Origin: Octopus sinensis
Lineage: Eukaryota
Reading direction: 5' to 3'
Length of the DNA stretch: 64,000 nucleotides
Assembly: GCF_006345805.1 (NCBI RefSeq)
Contig: NW_021833229.1
Coordinates: 16,846-80,845 of the forward strand
Below, piece by piece: positions 12,670 to 26,559 of the stretch. Both the position numbers and the translations under genes were made by a program. The stretch's first letter is position 1. Every line of letters begins with the position of its first letter. The notes under the pieces were generated by a model that worked only from the letters and a program-made list of their open reading frames with translations, was not told where the DNA came from and did no database searches.

Positions 12670-15600
12670 ATTTTGTTTGGCTGTGCTTCACATTGGCTTC
12701 TGAAGGTTTGTTCAATTTCACAGAAATTATTTATGTACTGTTGATCATTTTTTGTTGAAGCTTTTGGCTGTTCTTTCGCCTGTTTGGAAATATGGCGGTG
12801 ACAACGCCCACCAACAGATCCCAAAAAAGAAGGTTGTGGGGAAAATCTCATACCTCTGCAAGTTTGCGCAAAAACAAGCACAACAACAGTAACAGTTTCG
12901 ACAATGTTTTTAGTAACACAAACAACAACAGAAGCGTCAATAACAATAGCAATAACTATGGCATCAACAGTAATAACATCAGTGGGGAGTGCAACAGCCG
13001 CAACGACAGCAAAAATAAATGACGAAATAAGTGGTGGAGCGATTCTACGAGTAAGCAATCGCTCACTGGAATGGGGCGAAATCATGTCACCAAGGCAAAA
13101 CCGTTCGGAGGCGTGGAAGTCCTCTTCAAGAGCAAAACCTTTGCGTTGAAGCACCCCATAAGCAATAGGAAGCTCACCCTCTAGCAACTTATTTAGGGAG
13201 AAAGACCTGTTGCGTCAAGATAGAATTCCACCTGGGTTGGACATCTTGTGGTTGTTAGCTTATGTCATTTTAGAAGGAAGTGGTACATATCTTGAAGTAA
13301 AACAAGCGGGAGTTTTGGTATGGAACGACATTGAAGATCCTCCTCCAGATAAAATCGGAGGAGGTAGAAAAGCTCTCAAACCTTAGCCCCCACCACCCAC
13401 CCAACGGAATAAATTTTCGTGTTGCAGTTGAGGGTAGAAAGATACTGTACCACTTGTGCGATACAGAAGGCCAGTTCAGAGCTTTCTGTCCCCACACCAC
13501 CACAGCTCCAACAACAACATGCAGTCGTTATATCAGTAGCAACAACAGGGAAGGACAGCAGCAGCACCAACAACAACAGCACTAGCAACGGCAACAAAGG
13601 TGAACGGAACCATAGCCCGCCACCCAGGAAAATATCTCTACTACAACTACTACTACTACCACTCTCCTCCTACTCTCTCTCTCTCTTGCCCTCTCTCTCT
13701 CTCCCCCCTCTCTCTCTCTCTCTTCCCACCTTTTTTCAGACACGTACATGGAACACATACAAGTATAATTCTATGGCCTTTCGATTGAATCTTTCTGACA
13801 AGAAATAATAATTAGCTTGCAAGGAAAATAACGAAAATAAATAAATAAAATAAATAAAAATTTTACGAATATACATCTGTTTTGAACAAGCCAAACAACC
13901 ACAACAGCACCAACGAAACCATACCTACACCAAACACTGACAAATCTGCAATAACTCAAACGCCACAAACAACACTCACCTCTCCTTTTTATCTTTCAAA
14001 CAGCAAGGTGGTTCTGAGAGTGTGCTGTATAAAAATGCATGTGGACTGGGGTCACCCTGGAAGCAGGTTCACCCGCTCAATAACCTAAGGTCACTAGGTT
14101 TGGACGTGATAGCCGTCGGCGAGACAAGGATTTCTGACACAGTGTACTGGGTCCCATCTTTGATGATTTTGAGATCTTCGCATTTCTTATTTGGTCCGGA
14201 ATGAGGTAGCGGAGTAATGGTACCGTTTCGGAAAGGCCTTGATCTTGATATAAGGCCGACCTTCCTGGACCGGGAAGGTAAGATAATGGTCCTGGACTTG
14301 AATAGTAGCGAAGGTGGGGGCCTTTAGACAAGTCGCCAAGTAAGCCCTGACTAGAGCAAGGCGGGAGATCGGGGATTTCTTTAAAAATCTAAAGGTTTTC
14401 TTTGTAACGTCCTACTGCCCTGTGCTGGTGAGTGATTCGAACGGCATCCTAGATGCACATCTGGATTGTGTGAAACTAGCTGATAGGAGAGCTAGATGTA
14501 AAATCCTCGCAGATTTGTTCAGTCGTTTCTAGCTGGTTGACAGGTACCGACTGTATCTTCTGAATGTACCAATGTGAACGTGGCAAACATCGTTGTTTCA
14601 TCCAAATCGAGTCCGTACAGTCGACCATGATAAGCTTTCGTAGACAAAGAACCGGTTACTGAAAACAGAATGCGCCTTTTCCCGCTCGCAAAGTTTACAA
14701 CAGTCGGATCCAAGAACAAGTAAAGAGGGAGTTGACAGAAGAAATCATCATCAACTGATGGTGGTTAGCCATGAAAAAAGAGTTTATTAGATTAGAGTCG
14801 ATTGAATTTAGAAAGGAAATAGTGGTAGATAATTCTAGAATAGTGGTTGAACTAGCTAGTAACCCAGAAAAAGCGCTTAGAAAAGGCATTGTAACTGAAT
14901 GCTGGCAGCGAAATTTTCCGTTGACCGATTCTTTAATTCAAGATTGTATTATTACACGAAAGTTGTATTATTAGAGATAGGGCATGTGATTTAAGGTATG
15001 AAAGAACGAAAGCTGTTCGATGGATTCGGGGGGTAGAGGTGCATCGCAACAACAAACCCACAATTCGGTCTTCGACGTATCAGAGTAGAGTTGCGTTGTA
15101 GCCGATTCCAAACAGATGTGTACAGCCTTATCAGTGGAATTTCGCTCATATGTTTGGGTGGTCCATAGACCGGAGATACTTTGAACTTACCATAAACTTA
15201 CCTTGATGGTCTGCCACGATTCTCGACTGGAGACTCGAAGTTCTGCGAAATACCGACGAAATACGGGAAGCGACGACAGGCTGCTCAACAGACAAGTCGA
15301 CGGGTCCATATGATCTGTCTCACAAGCTCTATATTTATGTGCTAGACTCGTTCGGGTGTCTCTTGGAAAATGCAACTGGCAACAGAACAGATTCTAACTC
15401 CCGCAATAGGTGGTGCAATGCTGCTGAGAAACAACCTGAACATGAGGGATGATTTTAAGAACTTCAGGCCCTGCTAAACGCAGAGTTGGAGATTTTGACC
15501 AAGTTCTTAGCTAAAAGGTTGGCACTTGTCGACGATACTCTGGTGGATGAGACACAGATATGGGCTGTACCCCATATATCTATCCACGGCAATCTAATCA

Positions 15601-15844
15601 TCGCGATATATCATAGAAAGAGTAAGTAAAGAACCTGGCATGTGTGGGCCCTTCATTCATTTCAACAGTCGAAAGCTTTTGATAGAGTCAGCCATCATTT
15701 AGCGGCTGTCTTGAAGGCGGTAGGTTTTGCGTCCATCTCCAGAAGGTAATCGTGATATTTGTTCGGAGGTCAGATTAAATGACCATCGGTCGGAATCGTT
15801 CAGTATCATGCGACTGGTCCGACAAAGGTGCAATCTCTCTCTCT

Positions 15845-15941
<97 letters not shown>

Positions 15942-17060
15942 TTTAGAGCTACTATTGCAGAAGTTGGAGCATACCGCGAGAAACAGAATGCATAGGTAGG
16001 CAATGTCACCGTAATATTGTCGGACACAAAACACATCAAGTTGATTTGTACAGTTCTAAGGGAATACGATACAGTGACAGGAATAAAGATTAACCAAAAG
16101 TCGTTGGGCATACAGCTCGGCACTTAGAGAGGTAGGTCCATACTGTCCAACAGCGTTGATGGGCACTGGACGGACAGACCTGTTACATTGCTTGGGATTT
16201 GGTCTGGTCCAGTCCTCCAGGTGGACAATTACTGGAAAGCGGTGACGAATAGGGTGACTACTCTCACCCAGATATGAGCTGAAAGGAAACTATTTCTGAA
16301 GGGTTAGGCGAAAAATGAAAATACCTACATAGAATCGTCATCTAGTACTGACTACCCGTTGTGCCTTGTCTCGCTTCATAGCTGACCAGAATGGAACGCT
16401 TGTTCGTTCCCTTTTTGTGGAAGGGTCAGACGGCCCATTTGCTACCGAGATCTGCTGTGTGTAAGACTAAGCATGCCGTGGCTGATGAGACACGGACATA
16501 CACTGAGGCTATGACATCTCTAGCTTTTCCTTGATACCGTGTGTTAGACGCGCTTTTCCGTAGCTCGTGTCTTTGACAGAACTGTTTGTGAGGCACGTCT
16601 GTAAACAGCTCGTCTCTTTAACGGAGATGAAGTCATGGTATAAGGAGATATCAAAACTGAGCTTCTGGCACCTAGAATGTCGTCAAGGGCTACCTCAACC
16701 AGTGGGGCACTAGGATCGTTCCATTTTAACAATATATAGAGGATTAGGGGCGGGTAAGTGAGTCGACGAACTGACTAGTCTGTTCCGGAGAACTTTCCGG
16801 TGGGGGGTCTATCATGGATAATTTCCAGATGTTCTTGGCCCGGTAGTGCTACCGCAGGACACTACTGTTTCAGGATAAGCTCTACAGGCACGGACGTGCT
16901 GTCAGATAAGCTTGTCCATGGTGCGCACAGAACTACGAAACCATGCACTCGTTCAATGTCTTGGCAGTACTGACTTCTGGAGTAACGTCGAACAGCTGCT
17001 GACGAGTGTAGGACGAATCCGTCTGGCTATGATGCTCCTCCACTACTTCTGCACGTGATC
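12670..17060 (+). mobile_element. Degraded Tx1/L1-clade LINE (ORF1 ~12792-13600; EN-RT ORF2 ~14000-17060)
   Basis: MKILLQIKSEEVEKL...FRVAVEGRKILYHLCDTEGQFRAFC aligns by eye to ORF1 at 59820-60449. EN motif NLRSLGLDVIAVGETR and RT pieces (KAFDRVSHH, WLMRH) are present, with many stops and frameshifts. Confidence 0.85.
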
Positions 17061-17244
17061 AGAGATGCACATATCACCACCCACCAAGGGACATGGTCAA
17101 CTGGTTAAGGTCAAACAACTGACAAGGAAATCTGTGGTATTGAGTAGAATATTTGCTGTAGCCCATCTCTTTTTCTACCAAGACAAAACATGTACATGAT
17201 AACACATCCAATCAATTAAGGTGAGAAGCCATGAGAGCTAGTGC

Positions 17245-17725
17245 CTAAGGCGGTGAGCAGAACTTTTAGCACGCCGGGCGAAATGCTTGGCGGTATTTCT
17301 CCCGTTGCCTACGTTCTGAGTTCAAATTCCGCCGAGGTTGACATTACCTTTTATTGTTTCGAGATCGATAAATTAAATACCAGTGAAGCACTGGGTCGAT
17401 GTAATCGACTCAACCTCGGCCCCAAAACTGATGAAGCAAAATTTGAAATCATCATCATTATTATTATTATTATTATTATTGAGTGAGAGAGCAGTGCAGG
17501 CCATCAAAGTGATACTGGGGCAAAATATACGAAGCCAGTATACCCACCTACCCGTCTGATAAGGGTATACCAGGCACATGCATCACAACCATATGTGCGC
17601 GACATAGTGATCTCATATCAAGATAAACAGTGCATGACCTTGTAGGTGAGGCCCAGTTAGAATTTTCTTCAGGTCGAGTAGCCCACCCTACCCAAAAGGT
17701 CTCTGAATACGGGTTGTTTAAGGAT
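17245..17725 (+). mobile_element. Family-1 SINE followed by a family-4 repeat
   Basis: gttctgagttcaaattccgccgaggt head, (ATT)n, then the family-4 sequence. Confidence 0.8.
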
Positions 17726-17727
17726 GT

Positions 17728-18170
17728 TGTGCAGCGAGAATCAGTCCTTCCATTTCAGCTTTCAATCCAGAACTTTTGAGCCTCTCTGTCAAGTCTTGCA
17801 GGATATTGGCCATGGAGTGATTTTTCTTTCCATTCCTTTTTTAGTATTTTTTGTAATTCTCTTTTCATGTTATTGTTTGTCTTTTTGACTATTTCTGCTA
17901 TGTTGTTATCTGAGGTCAATGTATTAGCGTAGTTTGTTTCTGTTTTGTATTTTGTCGTCTCCTTGTGTATAGAGAAAAATATTTTCTTTCTCTCGTGTTC
18001 CTTTGTAATTACTTTCCTAGTCCAACTGTTGTTATTTTATAATAGTTCTCTATCTGTATCATGTCACAGCCACCTTCTGAACAGGGTAGATATATTCTGT
18101 CTGTGCCTGCTTTGAGTTGGTGATTTCGGTACGCTGTTTCTTGAAGAAATCGTGTTTCTTGACAGGGTGA
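17728..18170 (-). pseudogene. R4/Dong-like (RLE) LINE fragment, post-RT region
   Basis: Minus translation gives HQLKAGTDRIYLPCSEGGCDMIQIENYY and KAEMEGLILAAQ, typical of R4-clade ORFs. Confidence 0.75.
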
Positions 18171-18439
18171 AAATGATCAAACCTCTATAACATTTTAAAA
18201 ACATTTTTCTGGAAGAAGTTGACTAACTCCAGCAATTTAACTAGGAAAGGTACATTAATGTGCCAAATTATAAAATTTTCGATAAACTCTAATTTTTGAA
18301 ATGCTGGCAGCCAAACGAACTAGATCCGTATTTGATCCAGTAAAGACGTGTCATCTGACTCTGCTCTATTGACTTCTTCTCTTTGGGAATACCATACTGC
18401 CTTTCTAACGCCATCTGTAGAAATTCGCTTTCACATTTT

Positions 18440-20606
18440 CACTTTACTGATACCTCCAGTCAAGAAAATTTATCGACAATACAGTAGTGATTATTTATGA
18501 TTTGGATTTATTCCCTCTCCTCCCGTTATCAATGTGCCTTTTTTGCCATCAAATACTGACCAACGGAGCAATGAAACCTTCACGCTTGATGCAAAGCATT
18601 CTGACAAGAAGGACAAGCCGTTATCATACTTTTTGCAACTGAACTCCTCTTTCAAAAAGTAAATACAAACATTCAACACGCTAATCCAGGAAACTAGTAA
18701 ACAGGAGAATGGCGGATTGATTACATTGCTTGTTGCTAAGTCTGGGAAGTCCCACACAATTGGAGAAACATTACTTTGCCCAGTTATCGAAGAGGTTTTG
18801 TCAACTGTTGTGCACAAAATACCCGATAACATTATGAAGATCCCACTTAGTAAAAACACAATTTCTCGAAGCATCGATGAAATGACCAACGACGTCAAAC
18901 CTCAGCTCATTAATATTCTCCAGCGTTCTGAATTTTCTATACAAGTGAATGAGTCAACCGTTGTGGACAATCAATGTTTGATGATGGTATATGTTCGGTA
19001 TTTCAGCGAAGACCTTCAACCTTGTGAGGAAATACTGTTCACAGAGAAATTGCCGCTTGATTCAAAAGGTGCGATTATTTTTCACACTCTCAAGTCTTTC
19101 CTTTTTGAACATAATATCCCACTCAGTAATATTCTTGCCTGTGCGTCTGATGGAACCCCTTCGATGATAGGAAGATACAGAGGTCTTTCATCTCTCCCAA
19201 AGCGTGAAATTCCCCACCAGATACTAACTGTTCATTGCTTGGCACACCGGCAGCATTTTGTGGCAAAAAATATGAACAGTAGATTGAATGATGCGCTATA
19301 GTTAGTTACCAAGACTGTGAACAAATTGAAGTCCAGTCCCTTGTCTGATCGAATTTTCCGTCAACTCTGTCTGAGAAATGATGAGGACCATACTAAACTC
19401 TTATACCATACCGAAGTGCGGTGGTTGTCAAAAGGAAACTGTGTTTTATGCTTTGTTCAACTGTTTCATATAATCATATCTTGCTTTGAAGATGCTCTAC
19501 TATTCGCTTCATTGATAGCTGCAAGGTATGATATCTTTTTTCTTTGTGATATATTCACAAAATTAAATAATTTGAATAAGTTATTGCAAGGAAACAGAAA
19601 AATTCTCGTTGATTGTAAACCATTTATCACTACCTTCATTTTGTAATTGGTTTTGTATAAGACTAACATTTCAAAACGTCAATTCCATCAATTTCCAGAA
19701 CTTGAATCTTTGAAAGATGAATTAGTTGATGAGGATTTAACTACATATCGCAACTATTTGCAAGCATTGCACGATAACATGGTGGGGCGATTTCAAGATG
19801 TTATTGCGGTGAATATTCCAAATTGGTATAGCAATCCGTTTGAGGTCGATGCAGTCGATTGCGAGGGTGACGTTCAGGAGGAATTGATAGAATTACAAAA
19901 TGACAATAACGCCACAATACGATATTGCCGCAATAGCAAAGAAGGTTTGTGGTACCATCAGAGTATATTGAATTCCTATCCCAGTCTGTTGAAACTTCTG
20001 AAATTACTTTTGCTTGCCTTCCCTACCTCATGACTGGTTGAATCTGGTTTTAACCATGTTGGAATATTATTTTCCCATAAAAGAATCAGACTGGATGTGA
20101 TATAACGAGGAGACATGTGGCTAAAGTCGACAAGTTTGAAACCGAATGTATCTGCACTGGCTGCATCGCACCAGACACATGGTTCTCATTAAAAAGTTTT
20201 ATTCTTTTCCTTTATAATACAATCATTAATTATTTTTGCATCGGTAGTTCTAATCAATGGTTCATTTGGAGAAAATGAAAATCAGTGTAAAAGAGAGCGC
20301 AAGTTTCCAGAAGTTAATCTGTCTGCATAATATAGAGTTAATGCTAGAATTTTATGTACACTAATGGCAAAACTAAACCCACAATGTGGGATTTGTAAAC
20401 AACCGCATATTTAGTCCAAACGGCACTAACAGGGCAACGAATCTACGATATAGTGTGTATGACAAATGATACAAGGGTTCCTGGGGGATTTTGTTTTGGG
20501 GAGGTTGTGTCCGGGTTTTTTTTTCAAAAAGGTGGGCGATGGAGCATTTTTTAGCCGATAGGTGGGCGATATTGTAATTTGGCGCGAAAAGTTTGGGAAA
20601 CACTTG
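18440..20606 (+). mobile_element. hAT (Buster/Charlie, ZBED5/SCAND3-like) transposon with fragmented transposase
   Basis: ORFs 18717-19301, 19317-19646 and 19647-20033 (KSHTIGETL, IQVNESTVVDN, CASDGTPSMIG, HCLAHRQH, EVRWLSKG, LLLAFPTS). Right TIR-like gtttgggaaacacttg at 20591-20606; left TIR not found. Confidence 0.9.
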
Positions 20607-20618
20607 TGGCTAATAAAG

Positions 20619-20652
<34 letters not shown>

Positions 20653-20748
20653 CGCCGCCGCCACGACCACCACGACCACCAATACCACCACGACCACCAT
20701 CACCACCATCACCACCACCATCATCACCACCTTCCTCCTCCTCCTCAC

Positions 20749-20786
<38 letters not shown>

Positions 20787-20801
20787 CCATCACCATCATC
20801 A

Positions 20802-20855
<54 letters not shown>

Positions 20856-21059
20856 TATGTTTGACTTTTGCTTTATGTCTGTACAAGTTGGCTCCAAGTC
20901 TCACCCAGAGACCTCAAGAGACAACAGGTTGGAAGTTCTGTGCCATATATTTGGGGGGTTTTTTTTCTTTCTTTTTAGTGTTGTACTAGTGAATGTCTAA
21001 TACATAAAAACAAAAAAATAAATAAAGTAAAAAATAAATAAATAAATAAATAAAAATAA

Positions 21060-21765
21060 AATTTAAAAAAAGTTTGTTTTAAACCTTGGGATTACATAGA
21101 GAGTATTTTGCGTAGGATATGAGCAGTTCCCATGAGCACTATCTTTTGAATTTCTGCCATTTTGGGGTTTCCTGGTATCTGAGTTAGGTAGCAATCAGTC
21201 CCTTTCGCTATCATTCCCAGGGCACCTATGACAACAGGTATTGTTTTAGTCTTCAGCTTCCACATTTCGCTGATTTCTATTTCAAGATCTTTATATTTGC
21301 TCAGTTTTTGGTAGGTCTTGACAGATACGTTTATATCGATTGGGACGGTCATATCAATGAGGAGGCATGTTCTTTGTCTGAAGTCTTTCAATATAATGTC
21401 TGGCCTATTTGCATCTATCTTCCTGTCAGTTTGAATGGTGAAGTTCCAGAGGAGTGAGATGTGGTCATTTTCAAGCACAGGAGGTGGATTGTGTTCCCAC
21501 CAGTTTTTTTCATGGGGCAAATCCAGGTTTTTGCAAATTACCCAGTGAATATATTGTGCAGCTCTATCATGCCTACTGAGGTACTCTGTAGGCGCTAGAA
21601 GACTGCATTTGGAGACAACATGGTCAATGGTTTCATTTTGTTGTCGGCATATACGACATGTTGGGCTACTGCCGTTCTTTAATATGTTGGCCAGGTAGTT
21701 TCTTGTTGGTAGGCATTGATCTTGAGCTGCTATGATAAACCCCTCAGTTTCAGATTTTAAGCCAG
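21060..21765 (-). pseudogene. R4/Dong-like LINE 3' end with CCHC knuckle and restriction-like endonuclease
   Basis: IIAAQDQCLPTRNY...CRICRQQNETIDHVVSKC...NRPDIILKD...LIDMTVP...KLSKYKDL (ORF 21092-21520 plus upstream in-frame sequence). Confidence 0.9.
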
Positions 21766-21774
21766 AGGCTTATT

Positions 21775-21880
<106 letters not shown>

Positions 21881-22259
21881 TATTATTATTATTATCTGGA
21901 ATTACAAGAAAACTGTTAAGCAGTAGATAACTTACGACATTTAGTTGAATGTCTGTTTTTCACTCTGACTTCATGTTCACTGTCTGTTCTGTCAAATTTC
22001 CTAATATTTTGCAATTTCCACTCAACTAGGATGTATTTTTTATTGATATTTTGTATCATCTGTTCAAAGAGAAGCAGGTTATTCGAACTGACCTGCTTCT
22101 ATTCCAAGGAATTTCCGATTTGCCCCATTCTCCAGTAAGGAGAATTATCATCTGTTTAAAAATTGTTCTCTTTGCAAATTTACAATATTCTTGTAAAAAA
22201 GAAGAGAGATGGGGGGGGGGAAGGAAAAAGAGAAACATGGACCTGTGTGAAGAAGGAAT

Positions 22260-23095
22260 GGATCTTTTCCTTTTGATAGACGGAATTCAACACAATTTCG
22301 AGTTAAAAAAACAATTTGAAATTTCGTATACTGGTAGAATGTGTCAAAAGAAAACATTATTTTCACTTGGCTTTTTTGATAAATTTCTAATTCGTTTGTT
22401 TAACGTAGTTTAATTTTTCGAATTTTAACCAATCGTATGCTCTCTTTTGAGCTGAAATCATTTTCTGCGTTATCGATATTGATAAACAAACGAGGAGGCA
22501 TGTGCTAGAAACAACAACCATATCTCTTAAATCGATGAATTTCGTCACCCAATAAAAATATTAACGATATTTTTTGAATATTTTCTTTATTTTCTTTTTT
22601 TTACCAAAAAGGCTTCACCCATGGTTTTGAAGGGCCCAAAACAACAAAAACAAAACAATAATATGCCTAAATCGGTCTAGAGTGGGATATGAGGGTGCGA
22701 GTGGAGTGTGGATCGTATTGTAAAAATTTGCGAGGATATTTTTTCTTAAAAGGATGGCCCAGCTTGTCGGAGGCTGTGATATAAATTGGGGAAAAAACCT
22801 CGACACCAGTGCGTAATTGGTACTTAATTTATCGACCCCGAAACGATGAAACATTGATCCCCCATTTCTAGTTTATTTACCTTTTGTGTACATTTGTTCC
22901 GGCAAGGGGCAAAACACAGAGGGGACAAAGCATGAGATACAAAAGTATTAAGTCGATTCTATCGACACCAGTGCGAACTCACGAACGTGTATGTATGCTT
23001 GTGTGCGTATGTGTGCGTATGTATATCTCCGTTTGTATGTGTGTGTACGCTTATATATTAATTACTATGTGCTTGTGCAAATGTATATGCATGTG

Positions 23096-23148
<53 letters not shown>

Positions 23149-23514
23149 GTGACAGAGTGTGTGTGTGTGTGTGTGCAAGTGTACGTGTGTATGTATCTGA
23201 ATATATGTGTGTGTGTGTGTGTATGCGGCGTGCGTATATGCGTATAAGCATGTATCTTTGTGTATGTATGTGTATACTTGTCTGTGTGTGCATGTGTGTG
23301 TGTGTACGTATATTTACTTCTATATGCAGGCGCGCTAGTAAATGCAAGTGTTTCGAAAAATTAAACTACGTTAAACAAACAAATTAGAAATTTATCAAAA
23401 AAGCCAAGTGAAAATAATGTTTTCTTTTGACACATTCTACCAGTATACGAAGTTTCAAATTGTTTAGTTAACTAGAAATTGTGTTGAATTCCGTCTATCA
23501 AAAGGAAAAGATCC
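22260..23514. mobile_element. Non-autonomous DNA transposon with ~160-bp TIRs and 8-bp TSD (MULE- or Merlin-like)
   Basis: 22260-22422 is the inverted complement of 23352-23514; GAAGGAAT at 22252-22259 and 23515-23522. A related TIR copy lies at ~24095-24294. Confidence 0.8.
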
Positions 23515-24597
23515 GAAGGAATAATAATGATGTTCCCTGAAAAGGAATACGGTAAAGAGAGAGAGTGAATGGAATATACAATAGAAAGAACGAGATAGAG
23601 AGGCGGATAAATGAATCTGTCAGTAACGACGCGGTTGTTGTCATGCCGACGATAGTCAACGTCAGAGGTAAAAAGTTGGCCGTTTTCTGCTCCGATACAT
23701 TTGATATATAATGAGGAAAAAAAAAAAATTTAACAACTACAACAACTACAAAAAAAACAAAACAACTATAGATTCAACAACAGCAGCAGCAGCCGCAGGA
23801 ACAGCAGCGGCATCATCAACAACGACTACAGCAAAATTATTGGAATCTCAAAAGAATAGGGGAAATGTTTCAAGGTTTTCAATTCCAAAAGAAAAAAAAC
23901 CCAAAAAAACTGCTGCAATAGCACGTGTACAAATTAGATCTTTTCGAGTACCGCTACCATCGCTGCCATCACCACTACGTCACTCACTATAACGAGAAGA
24001 ACAGGGGAAATTTTACCAGAAACACAACAAAAGTCAACTCTTTTACAGGAGCTGCTCAAAAGAAAATGGAATAAATAGGTATGGAGGAATAATTTCAAAT
24101 GAAAACAGACAATACGATTGGTTAAAATTCGCAGATTTAAACTACGTTTAAACTTATAAAATACATTTTTGTCAAAAAAAAAACTAGTTGAAATTATTGT
24201 TTTCTTTTGACACATTCTACCAGTATACGAAGTTTCAAATTATTTAGTTAACTAGAAAAATCTGAAAAATCTAGCTTTCAAAATGAAAAGATCCGATTAA
24301 TGGCTGTCTATGAGTTGACAGGGACACAACCGCTCGATATTTTCAGCGATTGAGAAGCTTTCTAGGGGAGGTTCCGATCTCTAGTACTCCAAGGAGCCTA
24401 CTCCTCATTATAACAGTACGTTTAGAAGGAGGTTTCAGTGATAGTAGTAGCTAATTAGAAATTATTCCAGCAAGACTAAACAACCCTAGGAATGGAACAG
24501 TTAAGTTTCAATCTATCTGATAATTTAAACGTACTTGTGGTGTTGATTGGAAAGGAGATGAATTATTTGATTTGGCAGCGTGCTGCTCCCAAATAAA

Positions 24598-25077
24598 CGT
24601 TGCCCTTTTCAAGCCCAGCCAGGCTCATGGGCCCGGTTTCCCGGTTTCTCTGGCGCATATGTCCACCCCCACCCCCAGCTGGATGGAACGCCAGTCCATC
24701 GCAGCGTTACTCAAGAAACAAGAAGAGAGAGTGAGAGAAAGTTGTGGCGAAAGAGTACAACAGGAGTCGCCCCCGCCCCCCTGTCGGAGCCTCGTGGAGC
24801 TTTTAGGTGTTTTCACTCAATAAACACAAACAACGCCCGGTCTGGGAATCGAAACCGCGATCCTCCGACCGCGAGTCCGCTGCCCTAACCACTGGGCGCA
24901 ATAGAAAGTTGTAGCGAAAGAGTACAACAGGACGCCCCCGCCCCCCCTGTCGGAGCCTCGTGGAGCTTTTAGGTGTTTTCACTCAATAAACACAAACAAC
25001 GCCCGGTCTGGGAATCGAAACCGCGATCCTCCGACCGCGAGTCCGCTGCCCTAACCACTGGGCCATTGCGCCCACAC
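24598..25077 (-). mobile_element. tRNA-derived SINE with tandemly duplicated 5' part; 13-bp TSD
   Basis: Head tggcccagtggttagggcagcggactcgcggtcggaggatcgcggtttcgattccc (A and B boxes); TSD gctcccaaataaa at 24585-24597 and 25078-25090; 167-bp duplication 24736-24897 / 24903-25063. Confidence 0.88.
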
Positions 25078-25551
25078 GCTCCCAAATAAAACCAATCACA
25101 ATATTTTGATTTTATCGACATATTTATTTGCAGATTGATGTTACAATTACTACTCTACAAAAAGTTGTTATGCTGAATACCAGTTGCTAGTGTGTGAGAA
25201 TATATGCTTGGCGAGCAGCAGAGAAAATCTTATGCCTTTGTGGTGCATAGCGAGGGATGATCTTTTAGCAGCATTGCTAAAGAAAACCTTTACGAATCCT
25301 CTGGCTTGTATTTCCCGTGCATCGCGATTTATAACCATGATTTACTGCGAAACTGCATGGAACTTTCCATTAACTTTGATGCCGCATAAATGCGTTAGAA
25401 CAACGATTAGATGAAATGCGAGTCAAAATCACCCGATAAGGATAACCACCACCAATATGGAAACTGGTGTGATATAGCCTTTTCCTGTTACTAAATTGAC
25501 TGGGTTTTGAATGCTGAGTAGTGCTAAATATGTTCTTATCCTTATAAAAAA

Positions 25552-26065
25552 CTAGCAGTATCGCCCGGCGTTGCTCGGGTTTGTAAGGGAAATAACTATA
25601 TAAGCATTTTTAGAGAGTTACTTCCCTTATAGATGCCAATTCGGGCTTTCTTAGCCATTTCTGTTTTGGTGTCTTCAAACCATGAAGTCGTTGTTCTAAA
25701 AGAACGCTGGTCTCCTTGACAACGCATTACGACGTTGATTTCCTTACACTCCCTTCCCCACAGCTTCACGAGGGAGGGAAGAAGGGGGAAAAGCAACACA
25801 GGTGCAGGTGTGACCATGGACGCCAACTCCGCCGCCATCGACACACGAAAAATTATGCATTAAAATGGAATAAAAAATTATGTTAAATTATTTTTAAAAT
25901 CGTAGACTCATCGTAGACGCGCGCTAATAGCCAGACGGGCTCGATATGAATTACGACTATAAGATACCCGAATTTGGTTAAACTGCACCGCAAAATGTGT
26001 GAGTAGTTAGGAATCTAAATCGAAGGGGACAGACACTCACACAACTACAGTTTTATATAGATAGA
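25552..26065 (-). mobile_element. Non-autonomous Helitron
   Basis: Minus strand: A|TCTATCTATAT... start; CCCGAGCAACGCCGGG hairpin 12 nt before the end of CTAG|T. Confidence 0.88.
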
Positions 26066-26119
26066 TTTCCCACAATACATATTTTTTTATCGTTATTTTT
26101 ATCTTTTACTTTGATCTGT

Positions 26120-26380
26120 CATTGGACTGCGACCATGCTGGGGGACACCGCATTAAAGGTTTTAGTCGAAAAAATTAACTCTAGTACTTTTAAGTGTGGG
26201 ATTTAGTCTATCGGTCTTTTTTTTTTTACCGAACTGCTACGTTACAGGAATGTAGACAAGCTAATACACCAGCTGTCATTAACATAAAGACACGCAGCGC
26301 GCATGCACACGCACATATATACGACAGGCTTTCCGTCTACCAAATCCTCTCACAGGGCATTGGTCGGTCCGGGGCTGTAT
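26120..26380 (-). mobile_element. Family-2 SINE, internally deleted
   Basis: actgcgaccatgctgg and ctcacagggcattggtcggtccggggct match the reverse complement of 28121-28600. Confidence 0.65.
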
Positions 26381-26509
26381 AAGGAGACGCCCAAATTTAT
26401 GCGATTAACTGTTGCGCGTCGAGTACATCCAATCATGTGTGTGTGTGTGCGCGCGCGTGTGCATGTATGTATGTGTGTATGTATGTATGTATGTATGTAT
26501 GTATGCATG

Positions 26510-26559
<50 letters not shown>

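Noticed and set aside
16993-17030. CUGACGA-GU..AC-GAAUCCGUC hammerhead look-alike
   Set aside because: Lies in LINE ORF2 coding sequence (EQLLTSVGRI), with a 2-bp stem II and a mismatch at 15.1-16.1; likely chance.
17728-21765. hAT inserted into one R4-like LINE
   Set aside because: The two R4-like fragments are in the wrong order for a single minus-strand element and overlap in coding position, so they are separate insertions.
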